Origin: Amphiscolops sp. MND2022
Lineage: Eukaryota
DNA length: 64,000 nucleotides
Assembly (NCBI GenBank): GCA_964187785.1
Contig: OZ076413.1
Coordinates: forward strand, 41,542,001 to 41,606,000
Direction: 5' to 3'
The notes beneath the pieces were generated by a model. That model was not told where the DNA came from. It did not search any database and saw nothing but the letters and a program-made list of their open reading frames with translations. Positions 47,460-60,000 of the stretch are shown here, in pieces. Each line of letters opens with the position of its first letter. The first letter of the stretch is position 1. The position numbers and the translations under genes are program-made.

Positions 47460-48827
47460 ATAGGGCCCGCATGGTCCATTTTCCAGTGACTGCGTCCAGT
47501 ATTTCGACCGAGTGTAAAACATTTCTGAATGGATCACTACCACCACAAACAATGACCCTGAAAACAAGAGCTTTGAAAAAAACATTGTAAATTTCTTTGA
47601 ATCATTCAAATCAAAGCCAAGCAGCGAAAATTTCGAAAAAAATGTAAGGAGGCTTTAACATTTTTTTACTAAAGCGGATCGTGTTGAATTGAGTAGCTAA
47701 GGAACTTCAGTTGTCTCAGGCTGCCATGTCGAATGTTATCCTTAGTGAAACCCTCCTAAACAGCGAAAATGCTATGAATATCCGGCATGTTACCTTTCAG
47801 TGAAAATCCTGTAAAAGCAAATAAGAAGAAGAGAGGTTTCCCATTTCCCCGAGACGCACACCGAGTAAGCAGTTCTTTTCTAAATCGGAGCCCTTTTCGG
47901 ACACTATCTGCCTACCTTATATAAAGCTATGGTATCGCATTTACAGCTAAATCGTAGGCCAACAATCGGCTTTAAGCTGTGGTTTCTCAAGGTCATAAAG
48001 GTCTGACTGCTCATCAGTGCTCTTTTTGTTCTACTTTTCTCAGCCACATGCGTTATTTTCTTGTCATTGACCATACTGTAGCGATTACCTATCGAGTGCA
48101 CGATTTCGAAATTTTCGATGAAAATTTCGTTCAAGGGACTATATCTCCTCTACTAAAGAGTCATATTCCGCCAGACGGTAGCGTGTCTTTATTCAAGTAC
48201 CTGTCCACGGAATTGAAGAGGATTTGAGCAAGAGACTCGAAAGAGACCCCCAACCGAACGAGAAGATTGCAGAAAAACACGGCCACTGTCAGAAAAAGAC
48301 TCAAATTTCTGCCAAGACGGACTGAACTTTGTTCTAACCAGTGCTTTCTTCAGCGAAACGTTACAAGACGCTGTGATTACCAAAAATGAGTCAATTAGCT
48401 TGACCAAGCATCCGTGCTTGTGTCCCCGGCTAATTGCTGCCTCAAAAGTGCTAATTATGTAGTAATTTTCGTATTTTCTTGTTGTAACAGCTCGTGAGCT
48501 ACTCATTTCGATCTCCTGTGTAACTTTGAAAAAACTTGATTTTTCCTTTCCACCACTTGCATTTTTTAAAGGCTGTCTAAGTGTTGGTTTCGAAGAAAAA
48601 GCGTAATGCGCACTACTGATAGCAATTACAGACTGGATCAGGCCGGCGAGCACTTCACAAGAAGCGGAATCCTCCTCTGACGGGACAGTTTTTACCCGAA
48701 AGAGGCAAAATGAGCTCATGGTCATGGGCGCCTGTCCCGGGCAAATACCCATATCATGTGTTCCTCTAACTCTTATGGTTACGACGACAATGGTGAGAGC
48801 TTGTCGTTACATAGAGACATCATTTTT

Positions 48828-48844
48828 TGGCGACCACAGAGGGA
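48828..48844 (+). promoter_or_regulatory. Probable PBS of element B (tRNA-Arg-like); the 5' LTR would end near 48822
   Basis: ...CATCA-TTTTT-TGGCGACCACAGAGGGA resembles the complement of tRNA-Arg(TCG) 3' ends; the LTR start cannot be resolved without the 3' LTR. Confidence 0.6.
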
Positions 48845-51202
48845 TCGCTTCGAAGTGCTTCCCTTAATGGTTTTAAAATAGCCGACCCTCTGGTGATTGA
48901 CGCCAAGTACGACCCGACTCTGATGGGAAGAACAGAGAAGCAGAGTTTTTCAATATTTTTACCTTGTGTGTGTCATTGAAGACTTCAACCCCGGTGGATA
49001 AAGGTAAATCTTGTAAAAAAGCGCTGTATGTTGTGATTTTCATGCTTTTTTTGTAGTTGACAGGTAACGATCGAAATAGCCTACCCTCTTAACGGGTCAC
49101 TCATAAAATTGGTCTAGCAAGCCGCTGGGAGGCTGCTAGAAGTGTTAACAGGTGTTTTCTAGCCTTTTTCAGCTTTTTATGACCAATGAAGTGAGTGTTG
49201 AGAAGAGGATGATCCTTGCTCAGAGGAATCTTACAATCTGCCGAAGCGAGTTATACGACTCACCGACCCCATTTCCCGTACAGGCAACCTAGAGAAATGA
49301 AATTTGGTGGAGACGTACTACAAATGTTGACGTGTCTAATGGTGCAGTCCATTTGTCTCTGGCTGTTCTGGGTGATGAGCAAAAAGAACGAGAAGACACG
49401 ACTCGTCAGTCCGGGTTGTATGATAATTTTGAGTCAGGTTAAAAAAAAAATTTTGGGTTGCTCAAAATTTTGTGTACGACCATTTGCCAATGTTTTTACG
49501 AGCCTTCTGCAACTAAGTGTGTGCTTTTGCACCTATTTTGTGCCAAAAAAGTGCGTTTTCTCATGTATTTTCGGCGAAAAGTGCCAAATTTGGCCATTTC
49601 GAGGCGAAACACCTACATGAGCGCGAGCGCTCTTGGTGCTGGCCACACACCTGCAGAAATTAAATAAAAGTAGCTCAGAACTCTAACGAGTTCGCAAAAA
49701 ACGCGACGAAGTACTCAAAGTTGCCCAAAAAGGCACTTAGCATAAGTTTTGTGAGGAAGAAAACCCGTTTTTGAAAGATTGAACATTTTAGCACTTTGAA
49801 CTTATGGGGGAATTTGTGTGGGAGCTTTTAAACATCCCCGTATGGTTGCAATTAGGTTGGGGTACACCTGCCGGTACTCAACAATACTCATTTTGGTAAT
49901 TATAACCACTACTTCTTAAAAAAAGTTACGAAAACTGTGATTTTAAGGTTTTTCTATAGTACTCTTAGAAGAAACCCAACTTGACCATTGACGAACACTT
50001 CTACACTTAGAATAGCCCCCGGGCTATTATTTTCAGTTTATTCAGTAAATTTAACGATCTATAGTGAAGACCGCATGCAAAAACTCCCATTCAGTGCTTT
50101 GAAAAGTGGAAAAACGCACTGAATCTGATCAATTTTCCACAAAACCGAACTGTCTCTGAGCTAGGGTCGGGTCATCGATTCCTGAACCCTAGCCAAAAAG
50201 TGGTTGCATTTTCGTAACCACCACCAAAATTAACGTTAGTGCCAAAAATTTGGTGAACGTAACTTTCACCAAAATCGAGAAAAGTTCTTTAACGTTTCAA
50301 CTTTGGAGGACTGTAAAACTACCGAAATAATCCAAAACTGAAGGACTGTCGATGCCTCGTACTTAACGGGCACATCTATTCGAGGGTTTATTCTAGTGTT
50401 ACGAGTAGTGGGGCAAGACGTAGATCCCGTTTTTTTAGCCCTACCACTTTTTGAGGTGACCCTCTTAGCCAATTTGTGAAGAAAGTAGCCTAAGATTGTT
50501 TTTCTTTACGAGTGTTGTCCAAGTAAGGTCGAAACCTCAAATAAGCGTCCGCGCTTTCTTTTGATGGTTTCACCGGCATTGTACACACTCATCGGCTGTA
50601 ACTACAAAGTTTCGTGTCAATCCAACCTGTACTTGGTGAGAAAATAGAAAAAACGTACCACTCAAAAAGCTGGGGATAGAGGGTGATTTTTCAAATTTTT
50701 CCCGAGTGATCCGAGTACCTTAATTGAAACACAAGGTTGAATTGCAGTTCATTTCTACCATTTGCACCAGATATTACGTTGTTTTGCAAATTTTGAGCCC
50801 GCTAGCTTTTTTTCAGTAGAGCACAATCTCGAAATAAGCATGAAGATTGATGTATCTTGATGACTAAGGGTACCGAACGTCCGGATCAGCCTGAATCCTG
50901 AAATAAAAACCTTAGCTTAAATTTGATTTTGCTATCGTGTAGTACACCTACCACAAGGTCAGGTGGCCAATTTTCAAATGTTTCCGACGATTAGACGTTG
51001 CGTTCGAGGCATCTTAGTCATTTATAAAGAAATCTAAAAAACTCAAAAATTGTCTAAAAACCCAATCGTTTGTGAATCAGCTATTCCGTAAGCCCCAAAC
51101 GCACGGTTCCCGGCCCCACACTACGGTATCAACGCGCTGTGTAAGTTTCACGCCGGTACGACTCCTAGATCGATTTTTGACTTTTTCGAGACGTGCGAAG
51201 TC

Positions 51203-54046
51203 ATGAAACCCAACAGTTTGCGTAACCTTTGGATTTCAATAACGAGAACATTAAGCCGCACAAACACCCAGCGCCGCTCTAACCATTCAAAAGGGGGGAG
51301 GAAGGACACCTCGCGATGCACTGAAGCATCAAAAACACCAGACCCAACGGGGTGCGAGACAAATCTCAGTGTGATATCAGACCTGACCTCAGACCCCAGG
51401 GAGGAAGATTGGCCAACTGATGACAGTTTCGTTATGGAACCCGATTTTTCAGACCCTATGTCAGACGACGCATCGGAGGAGTATCAGACTAAGCCGATCG
51501 CCAAGACTACCGATGATATCGGAGGTTCAGCAGACGAAACAGGAAGTCAGGCGCATACGTCCAAATGGTTACAAGAACTCACCAAAGTAGCCGTCACACC
51601 TTTCGGTACTGACGAAGCAGGAACATGGCCCAACTCCAACAGAACAAACGCTGAGGAAGAAGCTGAAATGAGTTGCTTGAATGCCACTGGACAACTCAAA
51701 GCTCCCAGCGTGGCCGGCGAGAGCACTGCGAACACGGCAGAGATATTGCAACAAATGTCTTATGTCGGGGGTATGAATTATGCAAGGGCACGTCTTCAAG
51801 AAGCTACGGCCCCCGGAGCATCTGGGAAGGGTAAGCAAGTACGGCCTCCAGCCTTACTAGCGCAGACTGGCACTACAGGACCTCATGGCGACTCGCGCTC
51901 ATCCTCACCTTCATCAAAAGCTGCATCTGCCCGATCCTCAGCATATCGAGCCGTACATGAAGCAGCGAAAGCGCGCAAAGCTCTGTTAAATGCCCAGATA
52001 GGCGTGAAGCAAGCTGCTTCACAACTGTCTGAGCGTAAAGCAAGGTGCGACAGAGAGCATCAGTCAATAATGGAGGAGATAGAAGCCGTACAAACGGAAC
52101 TGCGAACATCAACTGAGCGACAAGCGCAAGGACATGAAATTCAGGCAGCCCGAATGGATGCCATGGGTTATCGAATGGCCGAAATAAAAGACATGGTGAC
52201 CGAAAGAGAGGTGCGCATGGAAGCTCAACTGCAAGAGGTATGTTCACAGGTACAAGCAATGGGTACCATGTTGAAAAATATCCAACCTCAACCCGCACCA
52301 GTAAGCAACACTATCAAAGAGTTGCTGCAAGATACTGATATATCACTGCCAAAACCCATGAAAAGCGTCTCCCTCAAGCCAAAAGAGAGTGTGACGATTT
52401 CAACAAACCCATCTGGCTCTAAACAACACTTGGCCAGGTACGCGCCCTTGCCACAAACTCTGGTTTCAAATGGAGAAGCTGCGTCAACATCGACGAAATT
52501 TATCCCATCCGCGATGTCAACAAAAAACATTCCACCCACGACCAAAACTCACAGGAAAGAACCAACGTGCGAGGTGATAACTATCGACACTTCAAGCATG
52601 GGTATCAGCGACCTGCGAGAGCCCACACGCACAAACGTGCTAACAGAAGTCACCAGCACCTTCCAAACAGCAAATGCAACTTTGGGAGAATCAGCTGCAG
52701 AATTCCAAACCGCGAACGACGAATTACCCCCGGGCAACCCATGCGCCAGCAGCACTCGACGCCGAGAAGTGACTCTCCCCGAGAACACCGATGACTCTGT
52801 CAACTCAACGCGAGGCAGCAGTATCCCGCCACCAGCTATCAGTGAAGAAGCGCCTATATCACCGGAGCAACTTAGGTTTACCGAGGCAATATCCAAAGCC
52901 ATGTCCAAGGAACTAGCGCCGCTGATTGCTAATCGAGATCAAACTAGGGTGCGCCCTACGGTATACAAAGGTACAAAAGATGGTTCTGTCGATGGATGGC
53001 TCCCAGTGATGAAGCGATTCCTAGAAAGGGTACATGCAAAATCCCCAAAGATCGACAGAGCCTGGGCTATCATCGATCACCTGGAAGGAGAGGCAAGAAA
53101 TTATATAATCAACAAATCTGAACCTGAACGAGACGAGCCCGAGAAGGTATTCTCTCTCTTGGCCAGCAGATTTGGAACCGGTGGGAATCGCATGCACGTA
53201 AGGCAAACCTTCATGTCTCGTGTCCAACAGGAAAAAGAAGATTGGATGCAATTCCTAGACGCATTGGAAGGTCTGCGCACCCAAGGTTTCCCAGGTGAGC
53301 CTATCACCACACGTCGTTATGAGATCCTGCAACGTTTTATAGATGGCGTCAATGATCCGACGCTGCGACAAGAGTTGGCCGTGGTATACGCTGCAGAGGC
53401 ATATCTGACCGAGCCACCAACTGTAGAATCCCTAAGATTCACCACGAGACAATTGCAACGGCATCGCCCAAACACGTCAAAACCTTACGACCCAAGGTAT
53501 GCAATGAGATCGAGGCCTCACCCTTTCGTGCCAGGGAAATTGGTTCACCCAGCACCAGGCCTACCGCAAAACGTACTACCTCCTAACCAAGGACAACGAG
53601 AGGCTAAACCCCAAATGGCTCCACCAGGCCCTGCATCGGTAAAACAGGCTCCTGCGCAACAGCAACCAGCGAGAGTGATTCCCCAAGGAGCATGCTTCAA
53701 CTGTGGACTACCAGGTCACTTTGCAAGGGAATGCCCAAGTCGAGACCTAGCAAGGAAACCAGCGGCTCGCGCTGCACCTGAAGAGCGAGTGAACTTATGT
53801 GAAAATAATGTGGCCTCTGCATGTTCTGGCCCCGTATTCTGTGTAAATTGTGGCATGACTGAACACTCTGCATCACAATGCCAAAATGTTCCAGTACATG
53901 AGGATTTGGCCTACAGCCTCTGGGCTGAACAGCCACCTGCTTCTCAAACAATGAGTGACAGTGAAATGGTACTTATGCTTCGTCCTGCTGAAGCCGCTCA
54001 CGTGGCAACGCCCCTTACCGTCACATGTGGCAAGATTCAGATCTAG
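51203..54046 (+). CDS. gag: gag of element B (947 aa: disordered/coiled-coil N-terminus, capsid, two CCHC knuckles)
   Basis: PTVYKGTKDGSVDGWL...LEGEA capsid-like region; CFNCGLPGHFAREC and CVNCGMTEHSASQC; separated from pol by a single in-frame TAG. Confidence 0.9.
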   Translation: MKPNSLRNLWISITRTLSRTNTQRRSNHSKGGRKDTSRCTEASKTPDPTGCETNLSVISDLTSDPREEDWPTDDSFVMEPDFSDPMSDDASEEYQTKPIAKTTDDIGGSADETGSQAHTSKWLQELTKVAVTPFGTDEAGTWPNSNRTNAEEEAEMSCLNATGQLKAPSVAGESTANTAEILQQMSYVGGMNYARARLQEATAPGASGKGKQVRPPALLAQTGTTGPHGDSRSSSPSSKAASARSSAYRAVHEAAKARKALLNAQIGVKQAASQLSERKARCDREHQSIMEEIEAVQTELRTSTERQAQGHEIQAARMDAMGYRMAEIKDMVTEREVRMEAQLQEVCSQVQAMGTMLKNIQPQPAPVSNTIKELLQDTDISLPKPMKSVSLKPKESVTISTNPSGSKQHLARYAPLPQTLVSNGEAASTSTKFIPSAMSTKNIPPTTKTHRKEPTCEVITIDTSSMGISDLREPTRTNVLTEVTSTFQTANATLGESAAEFQTANDELPPGNPCASSTRRREVTLPENTDDSVNSTRGSSIPPPAISEEAPISPEQLRFTEAISKAMSKELAPLIANRDQTRVRPTVYKGTKDGSVDGWLPVMKRFLERVHAKSPKIDRAWAIIDHLEGEARNYIINKSEPERDEPEKVFSLLASRFGTGGNRMHVRQTFMSRVQQEKEDWMQFLDALEGLRTQGFPGEPITTRRYEILQRFIDGVNDPTLRQELAVVYAAEAYLTEPPTVESLRFTTRQLQRHRPNTSKPYDPRYAMRSRPHPFVPGKLVHPAPGLPQNVLPPNQGQREAKPQMAPPGPASVKQAPAQQQPARVIPQGACFNCGLPGHFARECPSRDLARKPAARAAPEERVNLCENNVASACSGPVFCVNCGMTEHSASQCQNVPVHEDLAYSLWAEQPPASQTMSDSEMVLMLRPAEAAHVATPLTVTCGKIQI

Positions 54047-57000
54047 ACGAACCCGGAGCCAACTACTTTTGATCCCTCGGGACGCACTATCATGTCTGTC
54101 CGATTACTATTGGCGATTGAGAGGGAAACCCGCCCAGAACTCACCATAGACGCCTTGATAGACGAGATAGCCGCAAACGAGAATTGCCGACAATTGACCC
54201 TGCCCCAACCGGAAGAATGGCAGGTAAAAGGTGTCACTTCAACGTATCATGCCTATTCTCCGATTCCAGTCAAAGCTTGCATAGATGGTGTTGACATGCG
54301 TTTTGGTGCCACTATCATTACTGACGCATTTCCTCCTGGAATCTGCTTGGGACCGCAGGAGCTGCGCTGCTATAACATTGATGCTCAAGAACCAACTGGT
54401 GAAGCGAGAATCGATGAGCGTGCGTCGCTCGTAGTTTCATTCGTGGTTCCCGATGCTGCTCCCGTGCCATTACGTGGTCTGATAGACACTGGATCAGGAG
54501 TGTCCATCCTCACCTTCTCAGCCTACAATCGAGTCGCCGTGCGCACTGGGACACTCTTACGACCTTATGGTATTGACTTGTACGCCGCGAATGGAAAAAC
54601 GATCAAAACTTTTGGTCTAGCGGAGAAGGTCAAATTCCAATTGGGAGGCTACGAATTGGAAACTAACTTCGTGGTAGTCGATGACGCCATGGGAGTGGAA
54701 GACTTCCTCCTGGGCAGAAACTTCCTAAGAGCTTATCAAGTCTTGGTGGATTTAACCGCGATGAAAGTCATTGTCCGAGCTCCGTCTGAGCCAGTGTGGT
54801 ACCATGCCCACACACAAGTAAGTAACGAATCACTCAATTCGTCGGTAGCGATTGCACAGGACGTAGTGTTGCAACCTTTTGAACGCGCAATACTACGCGC
54901 TAAATTGCTTGTAGACAACTTAGAACCTTTCATGTTTCGAACCGTGCTAATCAATTTTCAAACACCTAACCGAATGTTAAAAAACGCCATCTTTTTAGAG
55001 GACACCGTGGCGACCGTGGGGGAGACTGGCTTCCTTTACGTCAGTTTAGGAAATCTTACCAGCAACGTGCAGCGGATTAAAAAGGGCACCCTTTTAGGAA
55101 CCGCGGTACCCGTAACGATGGTTCATAAAGCCATTCCCCAAATTGTCCCCGGACAATCAAGTGAAACTCAGCAGTCAAATGCAAATTATGTTTGTAAAAT
55201 TTACGAACAGATGAATCTTGATTCTTCTTCTGAATATAGTTCTTCATCTGAATTTGAATTTTTGTCCTCTACCGAACCGTCAGAACTAGGCTTGTCCGAG
55301 CGCGAAGTAAAAAAACGAACCGATCCGGCGTTAATGGCTCCGATACCGGGCCCGGAAGCACAACTCGACGAGGTGCGCGGTTTGTGGGGATCGACCGCCA
55401 GCGACACGCTTAGTAAACTTTTGAACGAATTTGATGATTTGTTTATGAAATTCAAAGCCGATATTGGCAAGAGTAAAATCGCTAAGCACCCGGTGGAAGT
55501 AGAGCCAGGGGCTGTACCTCACCGCGAAGGTGCAAGACGAATGTCGCCTGACAAGGCAGAACGTGCTAACCAAGAAGTTCGTGACTTGCTAGCTTTGGGA
55601 ATGATACAACCTTCCCTATCCCCTTGGGCGAGTGGAATTGTCATGGTCAAAAAGAAGAGTGGTGAATTGCGATTCTGTTGTGACTTTCGGCCACTTAATG
55701 AAGTGACCATCAAAGACGCTTATCCCTTGCCACGTATCGATGAGAGTCTATCCAGATTGGGCAAAGCCAAAATCTATACTAGTATTGATTTGGCGTGGGC
55801 ATTCTGGCAAATTCCTGTCCGAAAAGCCGATCGTCAAAAGACTGCCTTCGCTTGTGAACTTGGGTTATTTGAGTGGCGGCATATGCCTTTTGGTATGTGT
55901 AACGCATCAGCAACATTTCAACGGGCAATAGCGCGAGCGCTACAAAGAATAGTGAACCGTGAAGGAAGTATGGTTATGGCCTACATCGATGACATTGTGA
56001 TTGCTACTGAGACCATCGAGGATCACATGGATAGACTACGCGAAGTATTCCAATGCCTGCGTGAGGCCGGGTTCAAAATGAGAGTCTCCAAGTATGACTT
56101 CATGAAATCGGAGATCAAATATTTGGGCCGGGTAGTATCCGCAGATGGTATCAAGCCAGATCCAAAAGCTGTCACCAAGCTGAAAGAATGGGATATCCCG
56201 CGAACCAAGACTGAATTGCAGAGTTTCTTGGGTTTTGCCAACTACTATCGAGATTTTATCCCGTGGCATGCAAAACTAGTTGCCCCTTTACACGCGATAA
56301 CAGGAGGAGCCTCTTCATTTTTATGGGGGGAGGAGCAGCAGCGAGCCTTCAACAGCATCAAAGTGGCACTAATGGAAGCCACCGCTCTGGCGCAACCTGA
56401 CACTGAAGGCGAATTTGTTCTCGACACAGATGCTAGTGGTGTAGCTATATCAGGTATTCTGCACCAATGGCAAGGACCACCTGAGAGTCGTAAACTGCGA
56501 CCGATTGTATTCGGAAGCAAAAAATTAACTGCTACGCAAGCAAAGTATGGAGCCCCAAAATTGGAAATGTATGCTGCATACTATTTCATCTTGAAAAACC
56601 ACAGTTATCTCTGTCCACGAAAGTTCACACTGAGGGTAGATAATCAGGCCCTATCCTGGCTAAAAACATATTCGATGGATCAGGCGATTATCGGTCGATG
56701 GATTATGGCTCTTGAAAAATATCACTTCAGCATTGAGCATCGACCCAGAACCCAACACCGAAATGCCGACGGTCTTAGCAAACGAACAAATGAGTACAAA
56801 AAACACGAAAAGCAACTAAAGGGTTTACCCGCAATTGCAGACAAATGGGACTTCCTGTCACAGGAGGAATATAACAAACTCCCGCTAGCCCCATGGTTCG
56901 ATGTCCATGGACGTGTGATACCAAATCACCCAGAATTGCCTGCACACTTGCAGAGGTTGGGTAGCCAAGGTTCACCCGAGACCACAGTTGCCGTTCCCAC

Positions 57001-60000
57001 GCGAAGGAGCGGACGAAGCAAACGAAATGCGACCATACGCGACGAAGCCATGAGAGCGCCTCTACCTACATTGCCAAAACCAGAATTGACACTGCCTGCC
57101 GAACTTTATCCAGAATATCCTGAGGATTGGTTGGAACTGACCGAGGAATATCAACGAGACTATTTACTCCCCACGCATGCTGCTAACGTACCATCAAGAA
57201 CCACTTACCCACTGATGGAAAAGCAAGCAACTAGCACTGCACCAGAGCACGTAAAACAAGCCGCGTTTGTGGTAAACAGCATATCAATGGAACTGCATGA
57301 ACATGCTAACACAGTCCATGGACTGAAGGATCTACTATTAGCACAAAACCGTGACGTCCATATATTGGCTATCGAGAAATTGGTAGAGCAAGAATCATTA
57401 GATAGTGACGTCTTTCCGGAAAATGTACGCACCTTTGCCAAAAACTACTACAAACAGAAGAAGAACCTTCTACTGATAAACGCCAACGGAATTTTGTGTG
57501 TAAAATACTCCAAAACTCAAAGAGCTTTGCATGAACGCCCCTGCATGATTGTGATGCCACAATTGTATCAGCATGAGATACTATTCAAGGCCCACGACGC
57601 GATGGAACATCAGGGCATCGCGAAAGTCTTGGCCAGAATTCAAGAGCGCCACACTTGGCCAGGCATTCGCCGCACCATTGGACAATACGTCAGCCAATGT
57701 ATCACTTGTCAACAAGTACGCGACAAGCCTGGTGATGTACGCTTTCACTTGAAAAATATCCAAAGCGGTTATTTCAACGAGCTAGTCCAATATGACCACA
57801 TGAAAATTTGTCCCTCTGATGATGGTAACACAGGGATATTGGTTATTATCGATCATTTCTCTAAGCTCGCAGAAGCTGTGCCGTGTAACCACGATGAGTA
57901 TGATGCAGCGACCACCTCGAAGTTGTTGTTGCAGAAGTGGTTTGCCCGCCATGGAACGCCAACGAGGATGCAGTCAGACAATGCTCCCAATTTCACCGCG
58001 GCGGTATCTGCTGAGTTTATGAAAGCAGCCCAAGTGACCAAAGTAACCTCAACTGCTGGCCACCCCAGGACTCAAGGGTTGGTAGAACGACAAAACCGAA
58101 CGCTACTCACCCTACTGCGTGTATTCTGCTCTAGACGAATGCGTGACTGGGATCAGTACCTAGATGAAGTTATGGGTGCATACAACTCCACACGTCATGC
58201 CACTACTGGATTTTCCCCGTATATGCTAACCAGAGGCATGGAAAAAGCTATACCCCTGACTTTTTTGTATCCGGAATTTGCAACTCAGTCATTCGAATCA
58301 CACGAAGCCTATGTGGAACATGTGCTGGCTCGACAACAAGAGATTCATGACTTAGTCCGTCGCAACACGCATCAAGCCCAACAACGACAAAAATTGAAGT
58401 ACGACAGAGCAATTCGTGCTAAGGCCTACGAAGTGGGCGAACCTGTTTGGGTATTCTGCCGATACATTCCTCAAAAGGGATCTCCTAAACTGATGAGAGC
58501 GTGGCGTGGTCCTCACAAAGTAGCACGAGTGCTACAAGAGGGACGTGTCTACATACTGGACACTGGTCAGAAAGTGCATTTCGAACGATTGAAACCGCAT
58601 CATGGTAGTCCAACAGAATGGGCAGCTGTTCCTGCGCATAACGGCGAGGTTGCTATTATCATGGACCCTGATCCAGAACAACCCCATGAGGAGGTGAGAG
58701 ACGATGCTTCACAACCTTCTTACCGTGCAGAGGAACCAATTTCGGAAGCCAGCAATGCCTCTTTGCCTTCTCGACAAAGACATTGGATGGACACACGGTT
58801 ACGCACACACATGCGCGCAGGTGGCAGCCGCCTACATTATCAACAATTTGGCTACTCTTCGACTGAGTCTGACGATGAACGTTCTGATGTACTCCTATCG
58901 AGTGCTCAGGCAAATCCTGACGAAAGTGTTATCCTGTCATCACAAGTAGACGAGCCTGCGCCTATTCCCGAAATGCCAATATCACCACTACCTGCTATGG
59001 AGGCTCTATTTTCAGAGAATGAAGCAGTACCAGACGCATTAGATGTCGCCTCGAATCCTAACATCCACGTACCCACAGAAAGTGCCGCCACTTCTTTGAC
59101 CGGTACATCCGCCCCATTATTGACAAATCCATCTCTTACGGATATGTTGAGTAACTTTCCCATTTGGCCCCTAATCGATGACAATGACCTCAACCCAACC
59201 CTGGACGACGACGGTGCTGACACACCAACGACCAATAACGAAAAGGGATCAATTCCCCCTGCAACAAATCCTATCAACAATGATGCAGCTACTACCACAA
59301 AACTCTCCAACGCTCCTAGAGGGCGTGGACCCCGGGGACGTCCGCCAGGCAGAGCAAGGCCGCGAGCCTCGCTGCCACGTGGTCACCAACGGAGGGGTGC
59401 TATTAGAGGCGCTCGCAAAAGAGGCCGTCCCAGAGGTAGCCCTCCTCGTACAACGCACGCCAGACCTAACACTCCTACCCATATTCGTAACACTACATCA
59501 ATGGACACTGACTCTTCTGCCCCTAGCGCGGCGGTTACCTCAGATCAGGCAGCACCACCAGAATCGACCAACGCACATTATGGACTGCGACGCAATCGTA
59601 TTCCCAGATATCGTTGCGGAACATGTGGCCTACGAAACTGCGAATGTAACTACATGGTCCACGCGGGCTTCCCAATCAAATCCCAGGGAGTCCTGCTAGC
59701 ACGTGAACGGGAGAAATCGCTTCCGAGCGGAATGGTTGACCGTTTGGTTATTCGAGCAGAGAAAACCTATACTGGGCTACAACGCAGCGACACTCCATAT
59801 CCCGTGGACTATATCCTATCCAAAATGAAAGATTCTACGATAGCAAGGGCTCCGTGCCCAAGGTTCAAGGAGTGGACCTATGATCTTGTTGGTTTGGAGT
59901 TCACCTTACCCATCACTGTTCCCCCTTTGCCTACAAATATTGCTTTTGGTCCTTTCAACTATGAGCGAGAGCCTATCCAAATGATACGCTGTATTCCTGC

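Noticed and set aside
47177..47609. ORFs containing X runs
   Set aside because: Artefacts of the N gap
48189..48752. 187-aa minus-strand ORF in the presumed LTR of element B
   Set aside because: No recognisable motifs; conservation cannot be tested here
47643..48822. Exact 5' LTR of element B
   Set aside because: The TGTAAG start and TATA at ~47918 are plausible, but the second LTR and TSD are outside the window and a gap is adjacent
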